From contig JBNKUW010000002.1 in assembly GCA_050298835.1 (NCBI GenBank), positions 1-46,270 of the forward strand: 46,270 nt of DNA. The letters are read 5' to 3'. A model generated the notes under the pieces. The model saw only the letters and a program-made list of their open reading frames with translations. It was not told the origin of the DNA and made no database searches. The position numbers were made by a program, and so were the translations under genes. This DNA comes from Marivivens sp. (GTDB lineage Bacteria > Pseudomonadota > Alphaproteobacteria > Rhodobacterales > Rhodobacteraceae). Below, piece by piece: positions 28,476 through 37,851 of this stretch (positions are counted from its first letter, which is position 1; the number at the start of each line of letters is the position of its first letter).

Positions 28476-31181
28476 CTATATTGAGCCGTCACCGAACGCC
28501 GCATTCATTTCCTGCAGGCGCCGCAAGATTTGAATATCGGTGGCATCAGCAGGTAGATTGTAAGCCTGCAATACAAGCTCATTCAGAGAACGTAGTGCCG
28601 GTAGATTGTCATCCAACCTATGTGCTTCTTTCCAGCGGCCTAAAGGCTGGCTTGCAAGAGTTCGCTCAATGTATTGACCAAGCTCTTCTACAATCTCGCC
28701 CAGCTGCGACCGAGCGTCGTTTGCAATAAGCGCCGCCAGACTACCGTCTTGTCCAACTATGCGGAAGCTGTCCGCGATCGGAAAGCCACCGAACGTATTG
28801 GCGACTGAGAATCGCGCCATCCAGCTACTTGCTGCAGGTAAGGTTGCTCTGGCCCATACGGCAAATACACGGGACCGGAACAAAGCCGGCACCGCATAGT
28901 CGCCATCAATCACGAACAGGTCTTGAAGGGGAACTTCCTCGGAATCTAGTTCGAGTACAATACCGGGCACGGCACCGTCGACGAGCGCATACCGCCGAAA
29001 TCCTGATGATGGCGGTGTCCAACACTTCATCAAGTCCGCCGACCGCTTCATTGGGCGAAAGGACGGTGGTTTACCTTGTGAAGAGATCAAGGAGAAGAGT
29101 TTCTGTGCAGCCGGGTCCGAGCTGAGCACAAAGTCCCTAAGTAGAAGATGATCACCTTCTGGGTCGCTGTAAGGACGTGTCGCCGATCGGACCGGTCGTG
29201 CATTACTACGCGCAGCAATTCGTTGCGTGGCAGGAACTTCATCCAACCATTCGGAAAGAAGGTTATAGCTGACGCGGACGACATCTCGCTGGTCAACGCC
29301 ACGCGTTGCAACGCTCCTGTTGATCTCGTTTGACTTTATGGAGCCGATCTGAATTTCGTCGGGAAATGTCCCGTCGGAGGCCGCCGATTGAGGCAAGCGT
29401 CGCAGAGTCGCGGTGTCGGTATATCGGACAATCTTCCAGCCCAAATGGTCAGCTTGCTCGACAGTATCGAGCAATGGCGTCTCTGCGGTAACAGCGAGAT
29501 GGAATCGATGAGATTCGTTGTCGATTATAAAGGCACCAGCGTAGTCAGGCGCCCCCATAGTCGCGCGGATTTCGCCTGGTAGATTAGAGAGTTGTTCAAT
29601 GCGCCCCTCTGGACCAGTAGATCGCCGGGTACTGCGGCCAAGCAACGGCGAGATCACGGTATTTGCAAACTCCGGAAACCTGTTCTCGCGCCGCCTCCCT
29701 TCAACGATGACCTGGGTCGCATTGCCATATCCACCGATCTCTTCCGGACTGATGCGAAGAGAAAACAGGACAGCTGGATCGCCTCGCTTAGGATCGCCTG
29801 CCACACAGCTCGCCTCCGAACCGAGTAGAAAGCCGTTCGGTGCATCTTTCCCCAAGGCTCGATCACCCGGATATGAGACCATACCTACTGATAAGATCGG
29901 GAGCGCCTCTGCCTGATGACGTTCCAACAGCTCGCGGCGTACCACTGGCGCTCGTGCGGCGCTGACCGCAAGCTGAATGACATCCGAAATTCGTCTGTCG
30001 AACGAGCGCTTGGGATTGCCCCACCAGAAGGGAGATCGCGCGATTGCTGTATCCAGAATTGCATGTGCAAAATGAGGTTCCCTGACGTCATCTGAAGCGA
30101 AAAGCGTAGAGGGCCGAGTTATGGGGAGTGCAGGAATCACAAGAATGAGCGCCCCGTCGTCGGCCTGCCTTTCAAGAAATTGTTCCAGTTCCAACGTCAG
30201 ATGAGCAGGCACTTTCTGGCCTTCGCTCAGAACGAGCGCAATAACCGACCGTGTGCGAGCTTGACTGAAGTCCGACAATTCCACCAATCCGTCCGAAAAT
30301 ATCTCCCAGTCCGGCGCACCCAGATCCAGATCACGTTTACTTCCTGATTTCAGATGACGAACCACTTCTCTGGCACGCTTGCCATCAGCGAAAATAAGAA
30401 CAGAGGCATCTTCGGTTCTGGTCGTAAGCCGACTCTCCGACGGTTCTGGCTGAGCAACTTCTCGATGGTCAATCTCAGACCCCGCCATCTCAACAGGAAA
30501 TGGCCTTAACGAAGCTCCTAGGAGCGCAGCCAAATTTGAAACGCGTTCCATCGAAGCTTCGACCTCAGCTCCCGCGCAAAGCGAAGCCAACTTTTCTGGA
30601 ACATCGAATGTTATTTCGTTCGGGGTTTGCTCCCTAAGGCAGATCGCCTGGAACAGGCCATCGTCCAGTTGCTCGTCCTTGAGCGCCTTCCGGAGATCAA
30701 CTTCGCACTGTTGCCGTAGAAACTGCCTTCGCCAGTCTCGCGCCTTCGTCCCGCCAAATCTGTCACGCATAAACGCGAAGGCGACACCCGCCAATGTAGA
30801 TACTTCATCTCGCTTGGCATGTACGGCTAAATCGAGCAAGCTTAGCGGCGCTCGGGCTTCGACGTCCGGGTGGTAGGGCGTAAGTTCATCCCAGATGTGC
30901 TCCGGCGTTCCCACATAGGCTGCATCGTTCCATAGAAATACGTCCCGCCAGGGCTGGCCGACCTCGACCGCGAACGATTCACCCGATGGAAGGCGACGCT
31001 GATCGTCTACATCAATCGGATCGAAGGCTAATATCCGTGAGTTATGATCGCCTGACATTGCAGGTCGCGCGACATACAGCGTATTTGCCCCTTCGCTTTG
31101 ACCATACAACGGCATGGCAAAGCCATGATCCGCACAGCGATAATACCCGATCAGGCGGAGGCTGATCTCCACGTCGCTCAT
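28476..31181 (-). CDS. Large multidomain protein with C-terminal MmeI/type IIL-like target-recognition region; no MTase motifs
   Basis: 901-aa ORF. C-terminal LFRSRVFAVWAR...RFSVANTFGGFP and LNELVLQAYNLPADATDIQILRRLQEMN resemble the ends of MmeI-like enzymes. No NPP(F/Y) or SAM-binding motif found. Confidence 0.6.
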   Translation of the reverse strand: MSDVEISLRLIGYYRCADHGFAMPLYGQSEGANTLYVARPAMSGDHNSRILAFDPIDVDDQRRLPSGESFAVEVGQPWRDVFLWNDAAYVGTPEHIWDELTPYHPDVEARAPLSLLDLAVHAKRDEVSTLAGVAFAFMRDRFGGTKARDWRRQFLRQQCEVDLRKALKDEQLDDGLFQAICLREQTPNEITFDVPEKLASLCAGAEVEASMERVSNLAALLGASLRPFPVEMAGSEIDHREVAQPEPSESRLTTRTEDASVLIFADGKRAREVVRHLKSGSKRDLDLGAPDWEIFSDGLVELSDFSQARTRSVIALVLSEGQKVPAHLTLELEQFLERQADDGALILVIPALPITRPSTLFASDDVREPHFAHAILDTAIARSPFWWGNPKRSFDRRISDVIQLAVSAARAPVVRRELLERHQAEALPILSVGMVSYPGDRALGKDAPNGFLLGSEASCVAGDPKRGDPAVLFSLRISPEEIGGYGNATQVIVEGRRRENRFPEFANTVISPLLGRSTRRSTGPEGRIEQLSNLPGEIRATMGAPDYAGAFIIDNESHRFHLAVTAETPLLDTVEQADHLGWKIVRYTDTATLRRLPQSAASDGTFPDEIQIGSIKSNEINRSVATRGVDQRDVVRVSYNLLSEWLDEVPATQRIAARSNARPVRSATRPYSDPEGDHLLLRDFVLSSDPAAQKLFSLISSQGKPPSFRPMKRSADLMKCWTPPSSGFRRYALVDGAVPGIVLELDSEEVPLQDLFVIDGDYAVPALFRSRVFAVWARATLPAASSWMARFSVANTFGGFPIADSFRIVGQDGSLAALIANDARSQLGEIVEELGQYIERTLASQPLGRWKEAHRLDDNLPALRSLNELVLQAYNLPADATDIQILRRLQEMNAAFGDGSI

Positions 31182-31990
31182 AACTGGCCACTCGTAGCGA
31201 GGTGCTCACGGACCAGCCTGTTTATCTCGCTGTGGAAGTCAGCAGGTGCGCGGTTAGGTCGCCACTGATAAGTTTCCCACGCGATCCCTGCAGCAGTGAG
31301 TCTGTCGATCATGTCGTTGTTGGGTCCGTGGGGATCCTCAAGAAACTGATATGGCAAAACCGCGAATTTTACGTCAGTCAGTGGTACGTGCCGAGCATAT
31401 GCCACCTCGATCGCAGAAGCGCGCCGATCCGGGCGATTGCTGCCGACAGAAGCCAATCTTGCAATCTTGGCGAATGTTTTTGGACCGGAATCCCAGTCAG
31501 GAATATCTTTTCCAAACTCTGGCCTCAATTTGCCGTCGTAGTATTCGGCCGGAGTCCCGAAAACCCATGCTATGTGATCATTGACAGCTTGCAGCGTCTC
31601 TTCGAGCGCATAGTCTTCCAGATATATTGCGGGACTGGCTCCCTCATCGAAGGCGCCCTCGAGGGCGCCCCCCGTGTCGAACGGGTATACATGATAAGGA
31701 GCGCCAAGATTTTCTGTGCTGACAAGAAATACAAACGGAAAGAAATCGAGGATGTCGTTCTTCTGATCTTCGCCCCGCAACTTGTATGCTGGGCGCATTG
31801 CAAAGAAGTACACGAGGTCTGCACCCAGTGCTTTGCAGAGACGGGTTTCGATCTGCTCTGCCCGAATGATTTCGCGGGCTAACCCAACCGCTGTCACGTG
31901 AATGAGGTAGAAGTCGGTACGCGCCGTAGTCGCACGGCCTCGCAGAGTACAGTTTGCGACTCCACTTGTTCGTCTCTTCAATATTGCCAC
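31178..31990 (-). CDS. Hypothetical protein with a DarT-like ADP-ribosyltransferase-fold pattern
   Basis: LIHVT..LAREII, DLVYFFAMRPAY, RRASAIEVAYARHVPLTDVKFAVL. GTG start with AGGA RBS. ATGA overlap with the 901-aa gene. Confidence 0.5.
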   Translation of the reverse strand: MAILKRRTSGVANCTLRGRATTARTDFYLIHVTAVGLAREIIRAEQIETRLCKALGADLVYFFAMRPAYKLRGEDQKNDILDFFPFVFLVSTENLGAPYHVYPFDTGGALEGAFDEGASPAIYLEDYALEETLQAVNDHIAWVFGTPAEYYDGKLRPEFGKDIPDWDSGPKTFAKIARLASVGSNRPDRRASAIEVAYARHVPLTDVKFAVLPYQFLEDPHGPNNDMIDRLTAAGIAWETYQWRPNRAPADFHSEINRLVREHLATSGQL

Positions 31991-32132
31991 ACAATGCTTT
32001 CCTGCTTCTCAAGCGATCCTATTAACATACGGCTTCCCTGCCACCTTCGCCAAGGCAAGACGATATCAACGGTGTCTCACAGCGCTGTAGACTGGACTTT
32101 TTTATCGGTTTCAAAAACCTCAAGCCAGCATT

Positions 32133-33356
32133 TCAGATTGCCAGCGCTCGCTTGCTCTCATCGTGCTCGTAGGCATCGGCATAGCTTTGCACATCCGTTG
32201 TGAAACAGCCTTCATCGCGCAAGGCTCGTTTCCAGTTGTTCGTGATCGTCTCGGCCATCTGAAATGCCTGCTGCCTAGCGTCGGCGAGTGTGAGGTCAAA
32301 GAACTCGCATGCCTCCAGCGCGATATCGAGTGACGCGTCGAACGAGCCACCCTGCATGATGCCTGTCTCCAGAACTCTGTGACGTGACGGTGAGGGGTTG
32401 ATATCGAAGGCCGGTGACAGCCGCCACCGATCCCCACCGGCATAGATAAAGCCATGGTTCTTCAGGTGATCGTCCTTGTTGGAGACGAGGATCGTAAAGA
32501 CGATCCGCCGCCAGAGTTCATGCAGATCGTCGGAGGGCTTGCTCGAAATCTGGCGGATCACATCAGCGATGTCCGTATAGAACCCGCCTTCGTCGCTGTC
32601 CCAGTCGAGCGCAGTCCGCGCCGAAATAAACGGGATCCGCGTATTGCCGCGGCGATCGAACCGTCGGATCAACGCGATCGGGCTGTCGCTGTCCCGCATC
32701 TCGAGTTTTGCTTCGGCGACCCGTAAGCCGCATTTGGCCGCAAGCTTAAGCGTGGCGACCTCAACGCGCTCGACCGGCTTGGTGTCCTGGGCTGAGGTGA
32801 ACTTGGCGATCCACAGATGCCCGTCGCCTTCGACATTGGCCTTCGGACGAGCGCCGCCGAGCGATCCGGCGACGCCGGCCAGATCGCGGGCTTCTTCCTC
32901 CGCGCCGCCGGGATCGCGCTCGAAGCGGTGCGCGAGCGCCCGCAGGCGGTCGAGCTCGACCAGTCGCGGGATTGGCGGTGTCAGGTCCGACAACGGCTCC
33001 ATGTCGTCTCCGAGAAAGCGTAATGCGCCCTGCCGGGTGCGATCGTCCGACAGCACCAGATAGTCGAACTCGCTGAGACCGCCGCCCAGGGCCTTGGTCA
33101 TCAGTGCACGCCCCCAGGAATCCGGCGCAGCATCGGAAAAACATCCCGGCAGCGCCGAACGGCGATCGCCGCGACCTGCGCTGAAATGGCCGCCCTCACG
33201 CAGAGGCAGGCCGGGAGAGAGCGCGAAGCGGTCGGGCGCCGCCAACCACTCGGCCGCATACTCAAATTGCGAATGCTGTCGCCGGCCGTCGGTCTCGAAC
33301 CGCAACCGCCCGACAATCCGCTTACCTTCGCCAAGGGCGACGATCGCTTCGGGCAT
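32133..33356 (-). CDS. hipA: HipA-family kinase toxin
   Basis: N-terminal FEYAAEWL...FALSPGLPL, DAAPDSWGR, GSLGGARPKA, RRFDR, NKDDHLKNHGF, LSPAFDINP. Confidence 0.92.
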   Translation of the reverse strand: MPEAIVALGEGKRIVGRLRFETDGRRQHSQFEYAAEWLAAPDRFALSPGLPLREGGHFSAGRGDRRSALPGCFSDAAPDSWGRALMTKALGGGLSEFDYLVLSDDRTRQGALRFLGDDMEPLSDLTPPIPRLVELDRLRALAHRFERDPGGAEEEARDLAGVAGSLGGARPKANVEGDGHLWIAKFTSAQDTKPVERVEVATLKLAAKCGLRVAEAKLEMRDSDSPIALIRRFDRRGNTRIPFISARTALDWDSDEGGFYTDIADVIRQISSKPSDDLHELWRRIVFTILVSNKDDHLKNHGFIYAGGDRWRLSPAFDINPSPSRHRVLETGIMQGGSFDASLDIALEACEFFDLTLADARQQAFQMAETITNNWKRALRDEGCFTTDVQSYADAYEHDESKRALAI

Positions 33357-33739
33357 CAGAAACCAACCCCTTCATCATCATCGCTGTCTGGAAGAGTGGT
33401 TTCTCCCTTGCCCGATCCAGCGGGCTTGGCCCCTCGCTTCCGGTCGATCCGCTTCGGCAACGCCTCTCTATCAAGCAGCAGTCCGGTATCGTCAGAGCCC
33501 GGTTCGAGGAAGTCCGAAATCCGGTCGATCTCGCCGAGCACCAGGCAAGCCATGGCCAGCGTGCCGATGCTGACGCCGTCATCGCCCTTTTCCAGTCGGA
33601 TGACGGTTCTCTCGGACACACCGATCCGTTCGGCGAATCCCTTCACGGAGATCCGCCGCTTCAAACGAGCCGTCTTGATATTTGCCCCCAGCGCCTCCAA
33701 AGCTCGGCGCGCATTGAGAGAGCTTACCTTAACTGCCAT
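33356..33739 (-). CDS. XRE HTH antitoxin (HipB-like)
   Basis: LGANIKTARLKRRISVKGFAERIGVSERTVIRLEKG. TGATG coupling to hipA. Confidence 0.85.
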   Translation of the reverse strand: MAVKVSSLNARRALEALGANIKTARLKRRISVKGFAERIGVSERTVIRLEKGDDGVSIGTLAMACLVLGEIDRISDFLEPGSDDTGLLLDREALPKRIDRKRGAKPAGSGKGETTLPDSDDDEGVGF

Positions 33740-33777
33740 ATTCGACCGTCAATTCCATATAAACTGCCATATATGGC
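33731..33777. promoter_or_regulatory. Candidate autoregulatory operator of the hipBA pair
   Basis: Palindrome GCCATATATGGC (33766-33777) and direct repeat AACTGCCATAT (33731-33741, 33762-33772) at the antitoxin start. Confidence 0.45.
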
Positions 33778-34316
33778 GTTTAGCATATCCATGGTGGCGT
33801 TGCAATGGTTGGTCAGTGGCACGCCCGGCGCTTTATCCGAAGAGACTCTTGTCCGAAATCTGTAGGCAGATTTCGGACGGGCTTTGGCTTCGGCAAGCAT
33901 GCCCGTATCTTGAGATCCGCCGGCTGCGGAATTTCCTGTGCCGTGAGGAGTTCGCAGGTTCCTCCGCGCCTGGACCGCGACGGCGCAATGATACAAACCC
34001 TCACACTTCCGCATCCAGAGTGTGAGGTTTCGTATCGCGCCGGCAGTGTGACGAATCCTCTGCATCAGGCGGCAAAAGCATGGGAAATCTCACAGGCCGG
34101 ACGAAACACCAGCCCGGCCGCTCCGATCACTCCATGGCGAGGCTTTCAACCCTGGCTGATTGGGAGCCAATGGGCCGCTTATGGGAAGGGTGGGTGCAAT
34201 CCAGGTGATGGGGTGGGGAAGCCCTTCCCCTGCGGCCGAGCCTGGGTCTCGGCCTACCCCTTCCGCGGGGAGACCCCGCAACGCCCCCAAAAGAGTAAGA
34301 GTTCGGCGGCTTTCGC

Positions 34317-34347
34317 CGTGACGGGTTTGGAGGTCGAGAGAGAGGCT
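34317..34347 (+). repeat. Conserved upstream repeat A, copy 1
   Basis: CGTGACGGGTTTGGAGGTCGAGAGAGAGGCT, identical to 35641-35671, about 30 nt before the DUF932 ATG. Confidence 0.9.
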
Positions 34348-34377
34348 CCCGGCTGGCCCGCCCACGGAGATTGACCC

Positions 34378-35574
34378 ATGACCAACCTTGAAACCCTGGA
34401 CGGCCGACGCGACGCGAGCGGCGGCTACAAAGTTGATATCTCGCGCGGAGAGCGGATCGGCCGCGTCTCCTCGGAATGGTTTTCCCGGCCGAATGACGAG
34501 CGCTATCTGTCCCTGTCGGAGCTCTACGCGTCGGTGAAGGGCCGCGCCGAGCGCAGCCGCACGCGGACGGTCGAGAGCGCGGCGATCCGCATCGAAGCCC
34601 ATCGCGACGATCCGGAAAACCTCGCGCTCATCCTGCCCGAATCCGACGCGCCGGTCGCGCCGACCCATTGGAGCTTCGGCCAGCTTGCAAGGCTCGTCAG
34701 CGCGCCGGCCGCCTATCTGCGCCAGCTCCCGGCGCCACTTGCGGGCATCAACCTGCAATACGGGCTCACCTCGCACCGAGCCGAGCAGATCAAGACGCTG
34801 GAAACCGAAGACGGGCGCACGGAACTGCGCGCAGTCACCGGCCCGGACTATGGCCGCATCTACGACCATGAACTCGTCGCCGCCGTGCAGAGGATCGCAG
34901 GCAACGGCATCGGCGATACGCGCTGGAAAGTGCCCGGCACGCTCGACTGGTCGAGCGGCGTCTACAACCCGATGGTCGACATCACCAAGGATACGACCAC
35001 ACTCTACGCCTCCGACCGAGACGTCTTCCTCTTCCTGGTCGACGACATGAACCCGATCGAGGCGGGCAAGCTGCCGGATGGATCGCCTGATCTCTACTTC
35101 CGGGGGTTCTATTGCTGGAACTCGGAGGTGGGCGCGAAGACGCTCGGCATCGCCAGCTTCTACCTCCGCGCCGTCTGCCAGAACCGTAATCTCTGGGGCG
35201 TTGAGGACTTCCAGGAAATCAGCATCCGGCATTCCAAATACGCCGCCAACCGCTTCGCGCACGAGGCGGCGCCGGCTCTGACCCGCTTCGCAAATTCCTC
35301 GCCACGACCCTTCGTCGAAGGCATTCGAGCAGCGCGCGAGCGGATCGTCGCGCGCAACGATGACGATCGCACCGACTTCCTCCGCAAGCGGGGCTTCTCC
35401 AAGGCGGAGACGGCCAGGATCGTCGAGACAGTCCTCGCAGAGGAAGGCCGCCCGCCCGAGTCCGTTTTCGACTTCGTGCAGGGCATCACCGCCGTCGCCC
35501 GGTCGAAGCCGCAGCAGGACGCCCGGCTCGAAATGGAGGGCAAGGCGAAGAAGCTGTTGGAGCGCGCAGCGTAG
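34378..35574 (+). CDS. DUF932 domain protein (ICE/plasmid backbone)
   Basis: GYKVDISRGERIGRVSSEWFSRP.DERYLSL, PTHWSFGQL, WNSEVG, RAVCQNRNLWG. Confidence 0.82.
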   Translation: MTNLETLDGRRDASGGYKVDISRGERIGRVSSEWFSRPNDERYLSLSELYASVKGRAERSRTRTVESAAIRIEAHRDDPENLALILPESDAPVAPTHWSFGQLARLVSAPAAYLRQLPAPLAGINLQYGLTSHRAEQIKTLETEDGRTELRAVTGPDYGRIYDHELVAAVQRIAGNGIGDTRWKVPGTLDWSSGVYNPMVDITKDTTTLYASDRDVFLFLVDDMNPIEAGKLPDGSPDLYFRGFYCWNSEVGAKTLGIASFYLRAVCQNRNLWGVEDFQEISIRHSKYAANRFAHEAAPALTRFANSSPRPFVEGIRAARERIVARNDDDRTDFLRKRGFSKAETARIVETVLAEEGRPPESVFDFVQGITAVARSKPQQDARLEMEGKAKKLLERAA

Positions 35575-35640
35575 CTTCAACCAGCGCTCCGCCTTTCCGG
35601 TCCGTCGCTTCCTCAAGAGGAAGAGGCGGGCCGGGTTCTT

Positions 35641-35671
35641 CGTGACGGGTTTGGAGGTCGAGAGAGAGGCT
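35641..35671 (+). repeat. Conserved upstream repeat A, copy 2
   Basis: Identical 31-mer before the ParB-like ATG, preceded by a GC hairpin at about 35597-35634. Confidence 0.9.
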
Positions 35672-35699
35672 TTCGGCCAGCCCGTCGCGGAGAACTGAT

Positions 35700-37757
35700 A
35701 TGACCAAGTCTCAGAAAATCACCCTCAGCGCCTCGCGCGACATCCCTTTCAACAAGCTGGTGCTGAGCCAGTCGAATGTCCGGCGCATCAAGGCCGGCGT
35801 CTCGATCGAGGAGCTCGCCGAGGATATCGCCCGGCGCACGCTTCTGTCCTCGATCACCGTCCGGCCGGTGCTGGACGAGGCCGGCGCGGAAACCGGCATG
35901 TTCGAGATCCCGGCCGGCGGACGCCGCTACCGGGCGCTCGAATTGCTGGTCAAGCAAAAGCGCCTGAACCGTACAGCGCCCGTGCCCTGCATCGTGCGCA
36001 CGGACGGTCTCGCCGAAGAGGACAGTCTCGCCGAGAATATTCAGCGTGCGCCGCTTCATCCGCTCGACCAGTTCCGCGCCTTCCAGGCGATGCGCGAGAA
36101 AGGCAAGAGCGAGGAAGAGATCGCGGCGGCCTTCTTCGTCTCGGCGAATGTCGTCAAGCAGCGGCTCAAGCTCGCCGCCATCGCGCCGTCGCTCCTCGAC
36201 GCCTATGCCGAGGAGGAAATGACCCTCGACCAGCTCATGGCCTTCACGGTCAATCCCGACCATGAGCGGCAGGAGCAGGTCTGGGAGTCGATCAAGCGGA
36301 CTTATGCGAAGCAGCCCTATGAAATCCGCCGTATGCTGACCGAAGGCGCCGTACGCGCCTCCGACCGGCGGGCGCGATTCGTTGGTCTCGACGCCTATGA
36401 GGCTGCCGGCGGCGCCATCCTTCGCGATCTGTTCCAGTCCGATGATGGCGGCTGGCTGCAGGACGCCGGTCTGCTTGCGAAACTCGTTGATGAAAAGCTC
36501 GAAACCGACGCACAAGCGATCCGCGTCGAGGGCTGGAAATGGATCGAGATCGGCACGGACTTCCCCTACGGCCATACCTCCGGTCTGCGCCGGATCATCG
36601 GCGAGACCGAGCCGATGAGCGAGGACGAGATCGCGAGCTTCCACGCGCTGAAGGCCGAATACGATCAGCTCGAAGATGAGTACGCCGACGCCGAGGAGTT
36701 CCCGGAAGAGATCGACAGTCGGCTCGGCGAGATCGAAACGGCGATGGAAGCCTTGCAGGAGCGGCCCGTCCGGTTCGAGCCGGATGAAATCGCGATTGCC
36801 GGCGTCTTCGTCAGCATCGGCCATGACGGCCGCCTGCGCGCCGAACGTGGCTATGTCCGCCCCGAGGATGAACCTTCGGTCGAATCCGATGGGCAGGATG
36901 AGGTCGACGGGATGGACGCCTCCACCGAGGAGGACGTCGACGAAGTTACGACCCCCGACGCCAGCGAAGAGGCGGAAGAGGAAGACGATGGCCTGAAGCC
37001 GCTCTCCGACCGTCTCATCATGGAGTTGACGGCGCATCGCACGCTCGCCCTTCGCGACGCGCTCGCCAACGATCCGCAGACGGCGTTCCTCGCCGCCCTG
37101 CACGCAATGACGCTCCAGCTCTTCTATCACTATCCGCTGGATAGCTGCGTCGAGATCACCCCGCACAGCGCCGGTTTTGGCGCCCAGGTGCCGGGCCTTG
37201 GCGACACGGCTTACGCGCTCAGCATCGACGATCGCACGACGAGCTGGCTAGGGGCGCTGCCGAAAGCGCCTGAGGATCTGTGGGACGCACTGGTCGGTTT
37301 CGATAGCGACAGCCGTGAGACACTGTTCGCGCATTGCGTCGCCATGACCGTCAACGCCGTTCAGGAACCGTACAACCGCCGTCCGCGGGCGCGCGTCCAT
37401 GCCGATGTGCTGGCGGCGACGCTCGGGCTCGACATGGCGGCGGCGGGCTGGGCGCCGACGGGCGAGAGCTATCTCGCTCGCGTCACCAAGGCCCGCATTC
37501 TGGAGGCCGTGCGCGAAGCGAAGGGCGAGAATGCAGCCGACCGCATCGCTGGTCTCAAGAAGCCGGAGATGGTCGCAGCAGCCGAAGAGCTTCTCGAAGG
37601 AACCGGTTGGCTGCCCGGAGTCCTGCGCATGCCGGCTCTTCCTGACAGAGAAGCACAATCGGCGGATAACGGCGGTGAAACGGCCATGGGCGATTCCGCT
37701 GTCATCGCCGATGATGAACCTGTCACCGGCAACGCCTTTGCTACTGCGGCCGAGTGA
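35700..37757 (+). CDS. ParB/RepB/Spo0J family protein (long ICE type)
   Basis: IPFNKLVLSQSNVR, AGGRRYRAL, SLAENIQRAPLHPLDQ, HTH, acidic middle region. Confidence 0.88.
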   Translation: MTKSQKITLSASRDIPFNKLVLSQSNVRRIKAGVSIEELAEDIARRTLLSSITVRPVLDEAGAETGMFEIPAGGRRYRALELLVKQKRLNRTAPVPCIVRTDGLAEEDSLAENIQRAPLHPLDQFRAFQAMREKGKSEEEIAAAFFVSANVVKQRLKLAAIAPSLLDAYAEEEMTLDQLMAFTVNPDHERQEQVWESIKRTYAKQPYEIRRMLTEGAVRASDRRARFVGLDAYEAAGGAILRDLFQSDDGGWLQDAGLLAKLVDEKLETDAQAIRVEGWKWIEIGTDFPYGHTSGLRRIIGETEPMSEDEIASFHALKAEYDQLEDEYADAEEFPEEIDSRLGEIETAMEALQERPVRFEPDEIAIAGVFVSIGHDGRLRAERGYVRPEDEPSVESDGQDEVDGMDASTEEDVDEVTTPDASEEAEEEDDGLKPLSDRLIMELTAHRTLALRDALANDPQTAFLAALHAMTLQLFYHYPLDSCVEITPHSAGFGAQVPGLGDTAYALSIDDRTTSWLGALPKAPEDLWDALVGFDSDSRETLFAHCVAMTVNAVQEPYNRRPRARVHADVLAATLGLDMAAAGWAPTGESYLARVTKARILEAVREAKGENAADRIAGLKKPEMVAAAEELLEGTGWLPGVLRMPALPDREAQSADNGGETAMGDSAVIADDEPVTGNAFATAAE

Positions 37758-37795
37758 CCGGAAGCCATTCCCCCGTGGCTCCCGCAGCCGCCCCT

Positions 37796-37830
37796 GGAGC
37801 CCGCCCGCTGTGGCGGGCTCCTTCTTTTTT
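37796..37830 (+). terminator. Rho-independent terminator
   Basis: GGAGCCCGCC-cgctgt-GGCGGGCTCC followed by TTCTTTTTT. Confidence 0.8.
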
Positions 37831-37851
37831 GCTCTGAGCATGGAGGCGCAA

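Noticed and set aside
28476-31181. Functional type IIL restriction-modification enzyme
   Set aside because: No amino-MTase catalytic or SAM-binding motifs and no N-terminal PD-ExK nuclease motif; only the C-terminal region is similar.
34090-37166. Long antisense ORFs (508 and 517 aa)
   Set aside because: Shadow frames of the GC-rich DUF932 and ParB genes, with no recognisable motifs.
37399-37851. Extended start of the Toprim ORF (likewise 39060 and 43131 for DUF2493 and DUF736)
   Set aside because: The extensions cross other genes, terminators or structured leaders, and the downstream ATGs have clear RBSs.
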